Positions 55,875 through 64,000 of a stretch of 64,000 nt of DNA are shown here, piece after piece; position 1 is the stretch's first letter; the number at the start of each line of letters is the position of its first letter. The stretch is from assembly GCA_038870975.1 (NCBI GenBank), contig JAVZJD010000002.1:5922-69921 (forward strand). Direction: 5' to 3'. The DNA is from Candidatus Bathyarchaeia archaeon (GTDB taxonomy: Archaea > Thermoproteota > CALKCG01 > B24). Below the pieces are notes generated by a model. The model worked only from the letters and a program-made list of their open reading frames with translations, was not told where the DNA came from and did not search any database. Position numbers and translations under genes: made by a program.

Positions 55875-56876
55875 TCAAAGTGGGAGTGTAATGGGTCTAC
55901 CTTCTTCGGCGGATTTAACGGCGGCAAGTGTTACTTCAAGTGTTCTAACGCCTTCAGATATGGGTGTTCTAGTGGCTCTATCTTCTAAAACAGCATTTAT
56001 CAAGTCGAGCTCAGCCATCCTCATAGTATCTCTGAAGGGTTCGGCAAACTCCTCCACACTAAAAGGTGTCTTCGTACTCCAGTGGATCTTTAACCGATTC
56101 GGGTCTTCAGATTCAAGCATAGCATCCCAACCCACTATACTCCACTTCAAGCCCCAAGTGTAAGGTGAAGCCCCTATAGTCGCCGTTACTACGCCTACTG
56201 CGCCTGATGAGAATCTTAAAATAACTCCGCTTACGTCTTCAATAGTCATCCCTTCAACGTCCTTGTAGAATAGTCTATCCATTTCGGCATAGACGCGTTT
56301 AACATCTCCGCAAAGCCACACTATAATATCGTACAGGTGTGTAGACTGTTCAACAATCTGTCCTCCGCTTTTAGATCTATCTATCCACCAGTCTTTACGT
56401 ATAAATCTACACCAGTATTTTCCAGAGGCCAGCCCTATAGAGCCTAAACTATTAGACTCGATAAGGCTCTTAGCTTTCTCAACACCAGCCCCAAACCTCG
56501 ACTGGTAGCCAACCTGACTTTTTACACCATACTTTTCAACGGCTTTAGCCATCTCCCTCGCAAGCTTAATATCTAAAGCTATAGGCTTCTCAATGTATAT
56601 GTTTACACAGTTTTCAGCGGCAACCATGACTTCATCGCTGTGAGCGAAAGGCGGCAAACATATAAATACTACGTCCAATTTGGCTTTTTCAAGCATAGTC
56701 CGCCAATCTTCATAAACCTCACCACCGTAGGTTGAAGCGAAACGCTCAGCTCTAGAACGTACAATGTCGCTGAAAGCCTTAAATTCTACATTTTTAATGT
56801 TCGAAAGACTTCTAGCATGGGCTTCAGCAATACCACCGCATCCTATAAACCCGACAGCTAAACGTCTCATCAACAA
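55875..56876 (-). CDS. Gfo/Idh/MocA-family oxidoreductase
   Basis: VGFIGCGGIAEAH Rossmann motif, then EKP and GYQSRF motifs. Confidence 0.75.
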   Translation of the reverse strand: MLMRRLAVGFIGCGGIAEAHARSLSNIKNVEFKAFSDIVRSRAERFASTYGGEVYEDWRTMLEKAKLDVVFICLPPFAHSDEVMVAAENCVNIYIEKPIALDIKLAREMAKAVEKYGVKSQVGYQSRFGAGVEKAKSLIESNSLGSIGLASGKYWCRFIRKDWWIDRSKSGGQIVEQSTHLYDIIVWLCGDVKRVYAEMDRLFYKDVEGMTIEDVSGVILRFSSGAVGVVTATIGASPYTWGLKWSIVGWDAMLESEDPNRLKIHWSTKTPFSVEEFAEPFRDTMRMAELDLINAVLEDRATRTPISEGVRTLEVTLAAVKSAEEGRPITLPL

Positions 56877-57053
56877 TCCCCCACCTTATAACATGCCAAC
56901 TGTTTAAATACTTAACCTCTACAAGTTTAACACATCTCCAGCTTCTTAGAAGAGTTTACGAATGCTTCACTTCTCAAAAAGCAGGAGTGGAACAATCGTT
57001 AAAATCGCTAAGATGGAAGATGCATAGAATACAGAAGAAGGGCCTAAGCTACT

Positions 57054-58109
57054 TCATAGCAAGCCAGCTATCATACTGGCTAGAGAGAAGCCAAGCCTCA
57101 CAGCAGTTTGTCGAAAACCCATACCTATACTCCACTTAGAACTCGGTATAGCCATAGTTACAAGCGTTGCTGAAGCAGGCCAAGTAGCCGAGTATAACCC
57201 ATAGGAGATTGCGTAGATCGTCGTGAATAAATTTAAATCTCTAACAAACGGTAGAAACGCATAGAGAGGAATCATTAATAGAATACATAGTTGAAGAAAC
57301 CTCTTCAAATCCATCTTCTTCAAAACATAGGCTGCACTGAGCTGAGATACAAGCGTCGCCAATCCAATAATTGAAAACATGAAGCCCACTTGAGTAGTGG
57401 AAGCATTAAACCTCTCGGAAGCATATATGGAGAGGAGGGAATTGCTCACACCAACTGTAAGAGAAATGAGCATGTGAAATACAACGAGCAGGCTCATGGT
57501 TCTCAAAAGCCTCCTAAAGCTCCAACCTTCCCCGCCGCCTCCATTTTTACTCAGACTCTTAACCTCCTTCATCATCCAGGCTGGAGCTAAGCACAGGGCC
57601 ATTGCAATAGAGGCTATTATAAAAACAGGCATCCACCCATAGTTGTCTACGATAGCCCCAGCCAAAACAGGTGCCGTCAAAGTACCTAAAGGCCAAGCAA
57701 CGTTCATAAGCCCGTAAATACTGGCTCTATTCTCCAATAGACTGATCTCCGCTATGTAAACCATACGGGCGGGTATGAAAACTGTAAAAGAAACTGTATA
57801 TATGATGATAAGTGGAGAAAGCTGAACCCAGTTTTTCACAACAGTGTAGAGTAAGACAGATATTGATGAGAAGATTATGCTTAAGATTATGACCTTCTTA
57901 TTCCCATATTTTTCAGCGATTAAACTACTCGGTATGATTAAAGCCGTAGCTGTAAAGCCTGAAATCGAGAGTATAACACCAACTTCTACGATCGAAGCCC
58001 CCAATCTCTGAATAAAAAGAGGCTGAAGAGGTATGATCAATTCTGAGGCTAATGCTATCCCTAGGTTAACTATGAAAAGAGCGTATAGGCTTTTCTTAGG
58101 ATTCTCCAA
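57054..58109 (-). CDS. MFS transporter
   Basis: About 10-12 TM segments with an MFS-like layout. Confidence 0.6.
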   Translation of the reverse strand: MENPKKSLYALFIVNLGIALASELIIPLQPLFIQRLGASIVEVGVILSISGFTATALIIPSSLIAEKYGNKKVIILSIIFSSISVLLYTVVKNWVQLSPLIIIYTVSFTVFIPARMVYIAEISLLENRASIYGLMNVAWPLGTLTAPVLAGAIVDNYGWMPVFIIASIAMALCLAPAWMMKEVKSLSKNGGGGEGWSFRRLLRTMSLLVVFHMLISLTVGVSNSLLSIYASERFNASTTQVGFMFSIIGLATLVSQLSAAYVLKKMDLKRFLQLCILLMIPLYAFLPFVRDLNLFTTIYAISYGLYSATWPASATLVTMAIPSSKWSIGMGFRQTAVRLGFSLASMIAGLL

Positions 58110-58390
58110 TTACCTCGTCATCGCCCCCTTCAGATAATTCTCAGAGCCGTTAAATCTTTCAACAAAGGGCTATTAAATGCTACTCTTACAGCCGTCCATA
58201 CTCTTCCAAAAGAATTATGATACTGTGTACTCACTATGAGCATCAACAGGTTAAAGCAGAGCCGTCTAAAACTTAGAAGAGCCGTCGGTTTGGAGAGGAT
58301 ATTTAAGGTCCGATCATAAGACCGTGTTTAGAAGCTGTACTGGAAGAAGTAAAAAAGTATAATAACAGGGTTTCTGCAGAAAGAAAAGAC

Positions 58391-59617
58391 GTGGATGTAA
58401 TAAGTTTAAGATTTTCAGACATAAATGGAACTTTGAAGGAAGTCATAATTTCCGAAAAGCTTTTTGAAAAAGCAAACGTCGAAGGTATATGGTTTGACGG
58501 TTCTTCGATAGAGGGCTTTGCAAGACGTTTTGAAAGCGATATGCGGCTTATCCCCGACACTTCTTCAAGCTACACGATTAACGGTGTTAAATCATACTTC
58601 TGTGAAGTTTACAAGGCAGGTCAGCCGTTCGCTGGAGACCCCCGCATAGTCTTAAAAAGATTCTTACGCAAAGCCGAGGAAAACTACAGGGTTAAACTAG
58701 TCGTGGCAGGTGAGCTTGAATTCTACCTTCTTAGAAATGGTGAAGCAATAGATACTGGAGGATACTTCGACGTATCTCCGAGGGATAAAGCCAATCTTGT
58801 TAAAATTCGAATCGCTGAGAAGCTTACAGAAGCAGGGATAGAATGGAGTAGTGGACACCATGAGGTCGGGCCTGGTCAAAACGAAATAGACATACTTCAC
58901 GATTATGCTGTAAATACTGCTGATAAAATACTCTTGACGAAAAATATAATCAAACTCATATCTGAATCTGAGGGGCTGAAGGCCGTTTTCATGCCTAAGC
59001 CATTCTATGGTATGCCTGGGAACGGCATGCATATACACTTAAGCCTCTGGAGTGGAAATGAAAACCTCTTCTACGATGAGAAGGGTCTCTATAGGCTTTC
59101 AGATTTCGCTATGAAGTTTATAGCTGGAATCTTTGAACATGCAGGAGCTATAACAGCCGTAGCAAATCCCACGATAAACTCCTATAAGAGGCTTGGAGAA
59201 TTTGAAGCACCTAAGTACGTTTACTGGGGTATGAAGAATAGAGATGCGTTAATAAGAGTTCCAGAATTCATCAGTAAGAATTCAGCTAGGATAGAGTATA
59301 GAGCTTCAGACCCCTCTGCAAACCCCTACCTACTCTTCACAGCTCTGCTTGTAGCTGGTTTAGACGGCGTTGATAGGAATCTGGAACCTCCAGAGCCCAT
59401 TGAAACAGACATATATGAAAGTGGGCTATATAAGAGTCTGCCAACATTACCTTCAACACTGAAGGAATCTCTAGAAGCGCTTAGAAGAGACTCCGTTATA
59501 CACAGTAGTTTAGGTGAGGCTGGTGAAAACCTCATAAACCTCAAATTGAAAGAATGGGAAGAGTACACCTGTAGGAAAATAACAGATTGGGAAAGGGAGA
59601 AATACATCGACGTGTAG
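58391..59617 (+). CDS. glnA: glutamine synthetase (type I-like)
   Basis: ISLRFSDINGTLKEV beta-grasp, HHEVGPGQNEI, NGMHIHLSLW, NSYKRL and IEYRASDPSANPYL. N-terminal-like coding extends upstream of the GTG without a start codon. Confidence 0.8.
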   Translation: MDVISLRFSDINGTLKEVIISEKLFEKANVEGIWFDGSSIEGFARRFESDMRLIPDTSSSYTINGVKSYFCEVYKAGQPFAGDPRIVLKRFLRKAEENYRVKLVVAGELEFYLLRNGEAIDTGGYFDVSPRDKANLVKIRIAEKLTEAGIEWSSGHHEVGPGQNEIDILHDYAVNTADKILLTKNIIKLISESEGLKAVFMPKPFYGMPGNGMHIHLSLWSGNENLFYDEKGLYRLSDFAMKFIAGIFEHAGAITAVANPTINSYKRLGEFEAPKYVYWGMKNRDALIRVPEFISKNSARIEYRASDPSANPYLLFTALLVAGLDGVDRNLEPPEPIETDIYESGLYKSLPTLPSTLKESLEALRRDSVIHSSLGEAGENLINLKLKEWEEYTCRKITDWEREKYIDV

Positions 59618-59659
59618 GCTTCACAGTAATAGAGTTTAGATCAGTGTTACGTAGCTTCT

Positions 59660-61030
59660 TCACCTTTTGAGGAGAAGTACAATAATGCCAATCGTAATAA
59701 CTACCCCTACTAACAATAGGATGAGTTGAGAGTAATCTCTCCTCCAAACAGCATGTATCTCTCTATGCTCATCAACGTATACTTCAATAGTCCTCTCATC
59801 AACTATTCTATCTTCGGGTTTAAGTCCTTCGAAGTGGTCGAATACGTTTAAAACTAGAAAGCCAGTTCTCAACTTGCTTAATTTCACGGTAGCGTATGTA
59901 CCCTTATGGTACCATCCAGATCCTAAGGCATCACCATAATCGGTGATTACAGAGACGTAATACATATCCTCTTTCGGAATCAATGCGTTTAAGAGTTCTT
60001 CTCTCCACCTCCCTCTTACAGGATCGTAAACTCCGAAACCAGCGCAGAATTCCCAGTAGCACCAGGCAATATTCCTCTTTTCAGCTTCTCTAGCTACGAA
60101 ATAAGTCCATCTAATCCTAGAATTAATATCCGCTTTACTATACGCTCCGAATTCTCCGAGGAGGAGTGTGATATTACCATGCTTTATAGACCATTGAACC
60201 GCTATATCTAATTCATCTCTAATCTGTTTCTTTTCAGCCTCAGTTCCAAGCCACCTCCTTCCAACAGGTGGAGAAGGATTAACCCACTCAGCACCCTGAT
60301 GTGTAAATTCAAAGGGTGTGTAGAAGTGGAATGTAACTATTATATTCTCATCGCCTTCAGGTATCTTCAGATCTCTAAGCCTATAAACGCTATTCCAATC
60401 CACCGGGCCTACTACGATCTTCCTCGTAGGGTTTGTCTCCCTTATGATTTTAATTGTATCCGTAAGGAGTTCATTCCATATTTCGCTAGTTAAAGCTCCA
60501 CTGGGCTCATTGAGCAATTCAAAATACAGGTTTTCAGGATAATCCTCGTAGTGTTCAGCTATCTGCCTCCATAGGGCTATGAAACGCTCTCTATGTTTTA
60601 CAGGATCCTGCATAATCTCCTCATAGTGATGGATGTTTATTATAACTATTAGGCTCTGCTCTAAAGCCTTATTCACAACGTGATCAACTCTTGCGAAGAA
60701 GCTTTCATCAATCTTATAGGGTGGATTTTGATCCGCGTGAGCTGACCATCTTATCGGAATTCTAACTGTGTCAAACCCCGCCTCTCTTATTATACTGAGG
60801 TACTCATCTCTTATGTAGACACCCCACTCTCCTTCTCTAGGGGCTTCCAATGCATTCCCGATGTTTATCCCCCTACGCATATAAACTCCAGTCTGCTCTC
60901 CACTTTCAGCAAATGAATAGGTGCAACGATTAAATTCCAAAGATACAACATAAGAGACCAGTAGAATAAAAATTGCTAGGTGAATTCTACAATACTTCAA
61001 AATACCACCTCTACAGTCTCTATTTTCCAA
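59660..61030 (-). CDS. secreted or membrane-anchored GH5 endoglucanase/cellulase
   Basis: N-terminal hydrophobic leader, GINIGN, LLNEPS acid/base, LLGEFGA nucleophile, an extra beta-rich domain and a C-terminal TM anchor (LILLLVGVVITIGIIVLLLKR). Confidence 0.75.
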   Translation of the reverse strand: MENRDCRGGILKYCRIHLAIFILLVSYVVSLEFNRCTYSFAESGEQTGVYMRRGINIGNALEAPREGEWGVYIRDEYLSIIREAGFDTVRIPIRWSAHADQNPPYKIDESFFARVDHVVNKALEQSLIVIINIHHYEEIMQDPVKHRERFIALWRQIAEHYEDYPENLYFELLNEPSGALTSEIWNELLTDTIKIIRETNPTRKIVVGPVDWNSVYRLRDLKIPEGDENIIVTFHFYTPFEFTHQGAEWVNPSPPVGRRWLGTEAEKKQIRDELDIAVQWSIKHGNITLLLGEFGAYSKADINSRIRWTYFVAREAEKRNIAWCYWEFCAGFGVYDPVRGRWREELLNALIPKEDMYYVSVITDYGDALGSGWYHKGTYATVKLSKLRTGFLVLNVFDHFEGLKPEDRIVDERTIEVYVDEHREIHAVWRRDYSQLILLLVGVVITIGIIVLLLKR

Positions 61031-61094
61031 CGAGTTTAATTAACCTTAAGGAGGTTTTCATAGCGGGTCTTTATATCTGCTAGGAAACTGGGCA

Positions 61095-62246
61095 TCATAT
61101 CTTAGATTTAACACGTAACATAACGAATATCGCGGTTATTATCCATGAAATCGCCGAAGCTATTGCGAATGTTATTCTAGACTCATAGAGCATATACTCC
61201 TCTCTAGTCATTATCTGAAATCTCCGATGATCGGTTCTTGCTGTGGAAAACGGTCTAAATACTTCTTCAATCTCAACTCCACGGACCTCTATATAGGCCG
61301 GGTCGTTAACACCTAATCCTCTCTCCGCGGCCATTTTAAGCGTTGGAATAAGCCTCGGATTAAAGCCCATTATGAGTGCAGCTATCGAATCGGTAGCTAC
61401 GGGGTCTTTTCCAATAATAATTAAACCCATATTTACAGGCGTTCCCTGTGTTGGACCCAACCCCTCCATAGCTACTATCCCATCTATTATCGTGAGGTTT
61501 ATCGGTCTAATGGTAGCTAAATCCGTTATCGGCGCAGCCATATAGGTTCCTCCAAGCCTATTATCAGCCTCATGTAGCCTCCATTTTGGACTACCGTAAA
61601 CCGACGACGGTGGAATCCCTATAAGGTTTTTCAAACCAAGTGTTACAACAGCATCACTATGAGTCTTTAAACATGCTAGTGAGATGAAGAAGTCGATTTC
61701 AAATAACCGCTTGTTTAAAGTTATGTTTTGAAGAGCTCTACCGTTAGGTACAGTTACGTTAACGAATTCTCCAACGTTTAAATCGACTAATTCGACTCCA
61801 CTACTTAAGGCTACATCTAAGAGCCCTAGTATTCTAAGGTTTTCCAGCGTATTCCCTTCTCCGCTCCCCTCTGCTACTGCGATCTGAGAAGAACCCATAG
61901 ACTTAAGTAGGTTTATTAAGGCTCTCAGAGTTTCCGGGTGGGTTGTCGCAGGTGGAGTGTGAGCTCCGACTACATTGGGTTTAATCATAATCTTATAACC
62001 GGGTTTTATATAGTCCTCTAAATTGAGGAGATGGAAAGCCTCACTTAAAGCTTCATATACGTTCGTCCTCTCAGCTTTAACGACTGCTACAACGGCTTTA
62101 CTCTCCCCTCTGAATTTGAGGTCTCTGAGGGCTTCATCGGGGTTTTTAGCCGTATATGCATATATAGTGAGAGCTGTAAATATACAGGATATTGAAAGGA
62201 ATATGATTATAAGCAGTCTACTAAAACCATACGGCATATCCTTCAA
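61095..62246 (-). CDS. DUF362-domain protein with N- and C-terminal TM helices
   Basis: IKPNVVGAHTPPATTHPETLRALI and GLKNLIG patterns recall DUF362. This is a call from memory. Confidence 0.5.
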   Translation of the reverse strand: MKDMPYGFSRLLIIIFLSISCIFTALTIYAYTAKNPDEALRDLKFRGESKAVVAVVKAERTNVYEALSEAFHLLNLEDYIKPGYKIMIKPNVVGAHTPPATTHPETLRALINLLKSMGSSQIAVAEGSGEGNTLENLRILGLLDVALSSGVELVDLNVGEFVNVTVPNGRALQNITLNKRLFEIDFFISLACLKTHSDAVVTLGLKNLIGIPPSSVYGSPKWRLHEADNRLGGTYMAAPITDLATIRPINLTIIDGIVAMEGLGPTQGTPVNMGLIIIGKDPVATDSIAALIMGFNPRLIPTLKMAAERGLGVNDPAYIEVRGVEIEEVFRPFSTARTDHRRFQIMTREEYMLYESRITFAIASAISWIITAIFVMLRVKSKI

Positions 62247-63402
62247 AAAGTATAATCTGCAACATCACTTTAAAGGTTTCGTAGCAATCTATACGGCGGG
62301 TTTTACTCAAACTTTCATAGCTACTCTCAATTACACTATGATGATTATTTGGCTGGGTTCTTCAAACGGAGGATTATGTCCTGCTCTATCGATGGGACGA
62401 GCCGTATATTATGCTTGGCTCCTCTTAATATCGTATGATGCTACCGAATTGGTATTCAAGCCGATTTTAAGTCTTATATCAGATAGATTTGGATGGAGGA
62501 TTGCAATAATCCTATCAACTACCTCTCAAATACTTTCATCGGCCGTTCTAATTGGAGGTGAATTCCAAAATCTTCTATCATCAAGAATTCTCCAAGGGAT
62601 AGCTTCTTCGATATCACCTACTCTCATGGTTTTAACATCCAATCTAACCGACGACGGTGAACGCTACGTAGGTGTTTACATGGGTTTTAGGGGTTTAGGC
62701 TATCTATTGGTACCGCTATTAACGGCTGTTATGAAAGATCCGAGTAGACATTTCATAGCAACCATCACATCTATTCTAGCATTTTTACAGATAGCTCCAT
62801 TAACTGTAAAAGTAGATTTAAAGTTTAGAAAAATGGATGTGTTTGATCTCAATATAGCTTTCCAGAGGAATACGTATCTGTTGTTTCTACTGACTGTATT
62901 GGCGTCTGTACTCATGGGTGTTAGATTCACATTAATACCTATAACTATGATTAAACGGGGGTTTACAACGCAAATCGTTAGTATGATTTTAACCTTAGGC
63001 TTCTTAATATGTATTATAGGTCAAGCGTCATCGGGGGTTTTAATCGAAAGTAAACATCTAATACCTTTAGCCTCCTCAGGCTTCATACTATCTACAGTAG
63101 GATTGATATACATACTTTTCGCAGTAAACCTCCTCGAACTACTGATCATATCTCTAACGGTAACTCTAGGGTCTGGTTTAGCATTACTATCGACGAATAC
63201 ATTGCTTACAAGAGAAGCTCGGAAGACGAATATAACTTCCACCCTAGGCTTAAACGGATTAGCACAGAGTATGGGGGAGCTCATAGGGTTGATCGTTGTC
63301 GCCCGGTTCTCGGAGATTAACTTCGATATAGCGTTAATACTAATCGTAATGTTTACGCTAGCTGGATTTATCATCTCCCTCTTTTTAAGAGGGAAATACT
63401 AG
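62203..63402 (+). CDS. MFS transporter
   Basis: The loop motif SLISDRFGWR between TM2 and TM3 and about 12 TM segments. The first plausible start that keeps TM1 is the ATG at 62203. The ORF-track start at 62023 runs antisense through the DUF362 gene. Confidence 0.6.
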   Translation: MIISSLLKPYGISFKKYNLQHHFKGFVAIYTAGFTQTFIATLNYTMMIIWLGSSNGGLCPALSMGRAVYYAWLLLISYDATELVFKPILSLISDRFGWRIAIILSTTSQILSSAVLIGGEFQNLLSSRILQGIASSISPTLMVLTSNLTDDGERYVGVYMGFRGLGYLLVPLLTAVMKDPSRHFIATITSILAFLQIAPLTVKVDLKFRKMDVFDLNIAFQRNTYLLFLLTVLASVLMGVRFTLIPITMIKRGFTTQIVSMILTLGFLICIIGQASSGVLIESKHLIPLASSGFILSTVGLIYILFAVNLLELLIISLTVTLGSGLALLSTNTLLTREARKTNITSTLGLNGLAQSMGELIGLIVVARFSEINFDIALILIVMFTLAGFIISLFLRGKY

Positions 63403-63518
63403 GGCGTTCGCTAAAAGCCTCTAACAGAATTTAAAGGTAATCTCCGTTTACTGCGTTAAATAAAAATCTACCCGATTATTCATCATAGCTTTGATGGATT
63501 AAAATTTATACCTCTATA

Positions 63519-64000
63519 TCAAGTTATTGGAAGTATAAATAGGGGGGATGTTGTTAGAGTTAACTCATATATGCCATCTTCACACTCGCAGAATTCCTTT
63601 AAACCATATAGCTTCACAACTTCGAGCTTCTTAGCTTGTATATTCAATCTAATCGTATGTTTACGTCCAGTAGTCCAGCATACGTATTTTTCAACACCCT
63701 GCTTATTTTCAAAAACTAGAATATAGTCGTTTCCATCTTCGGTTTGAACCCTCCCTCTAAAGTAGAATCCATCAAGTTGCGATATGAGAGTATATATAGC
63801 GTAGTACGCTGGTTTGATAAAGTACATCGGTCTTCCGTAGACCGATTTAAGCCCTTCATAGTCTGCTATTACACCAAAATTATGTTCAGAGTCTTGAATA
63901 CTAATCCCATCATCTTTCCAGTCGTAGAATACGCTTATATTAACACCATTCATAATGTTTACTAGGAACATTCTAACCGCGTACTCTGCCTGAGTCGTAA
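63519..64000 (-). CDS. C-terminal part of a probable glycoside hydrolase, open to the right window edge
   Basis: The frame stays open upstream of the ATG at 63971 as far as nt 64000. WKDDG...EHNFGVI...KPAYYA resembles the end of a GH TIM barrel, followed by a beta-sandwich-like tail. Confidence 0.35.
   Translation of the reverse strand, partial: TTQAEYAVRMFLVNIMNGVNISVFYDWKDDGISIQDSEHNFGVIADYEGLKSVYGRPMYFIKPAYYAIYTLISQLDGFYFRGRVQTEDGNDYILVFENKQGVEKYVCWTTGRKHTIRLNIQAKKLEVVKLYGLKEFCECEDGIYELTLTTSPLFILPIT

Noticed and set aside
62023-62202. An upstream extension of the MFS ORF running antisense through the 5' end of the DUF362 gene.
   Set aside because: The extension (MRRWKASLKASYTFVLS...) is non-membrane, low-complexity and antisense to a coding TM helix. 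The ATG at 62203 retains TM1. A residual 44-nt divergent overlap remains and is uncertain.
1-64000. A search by eye for tRNA, rRNA, CRISPR arrays, IS elements and integrases.
   Set aside because: No GC-rich cloverleaf-like segments appear in the intergenic regions. There are no regularly spaced direct repeats apart from the in-frame coiled-coil repeats, and no transposase- or integrase-like ORF. Short ncRNAs cannot be excluded without covariance-model searches.

Overview
This is an archaeal chromosomal window, compact and moderately AT-rich. Signature genes such as proteasome beta, aDim2-type KH protein, Fae-Hps, PDO, GGR, Trm5 and NurA/HerA point to a heterotrophic hyperthermophile of the Thermoproteota/Crenarchaeota type. 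All family calls come from motifs read by eye; no searches were run.

Gene content:
- 1-32 kb is mostly core metabolism and information processing: KH protein, S2P protease, TtuA-like thiolase, ROK kinase, fused ChlI/ChlD chelatase-like ATPase, Fae-Hps, proteasome beta, SufCB, ilvD / leuA-ilvB-ilvN-ilvC, Trm5, GGR and PPAT.
- 32-38 kb holds an orphan, damaged FlaI/VirB11-like ATPase and two paralogous coiled-coil proteins with a PD-(D/E)XK-like C-terminal domain.
- 39-49.5 kb is a thiol-redox, O2/NO and arsenic stress island: PDO, TrxR, Rieske protein, ArsC, two DUF438-hemerythrin proteins, a flavodiiron protein and ACR3.
- 55.8-64 kb is a sugar-utilisation region with GH5 cellulases, MFS transporters and an oxidoreductase, plus a glutamine synthetase.

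Two items stand out:
1. The pcm gene is split by a 29-nt insertion that folds into a near-canonical bulge-helix-bulge motif. Symmetric excision restores both the reading frame and the conserved SAPH-MV motif, so this is a candidate mRNA intron.
2. At 49.9-54.8 kb a translationally coupled NurA-HerA pair has no Mre11 or Rad50 nearby. It is divergently wired, through a palindromic TATA and a 10+2+10 operator-like palindrome, to a four-member family of small two-domain wHTH proteins I cannot place. The locus is flanked by a decayed RelE-type toxin-antitoxin module.

No rRNA, tRNA or CRISPR features were seen.
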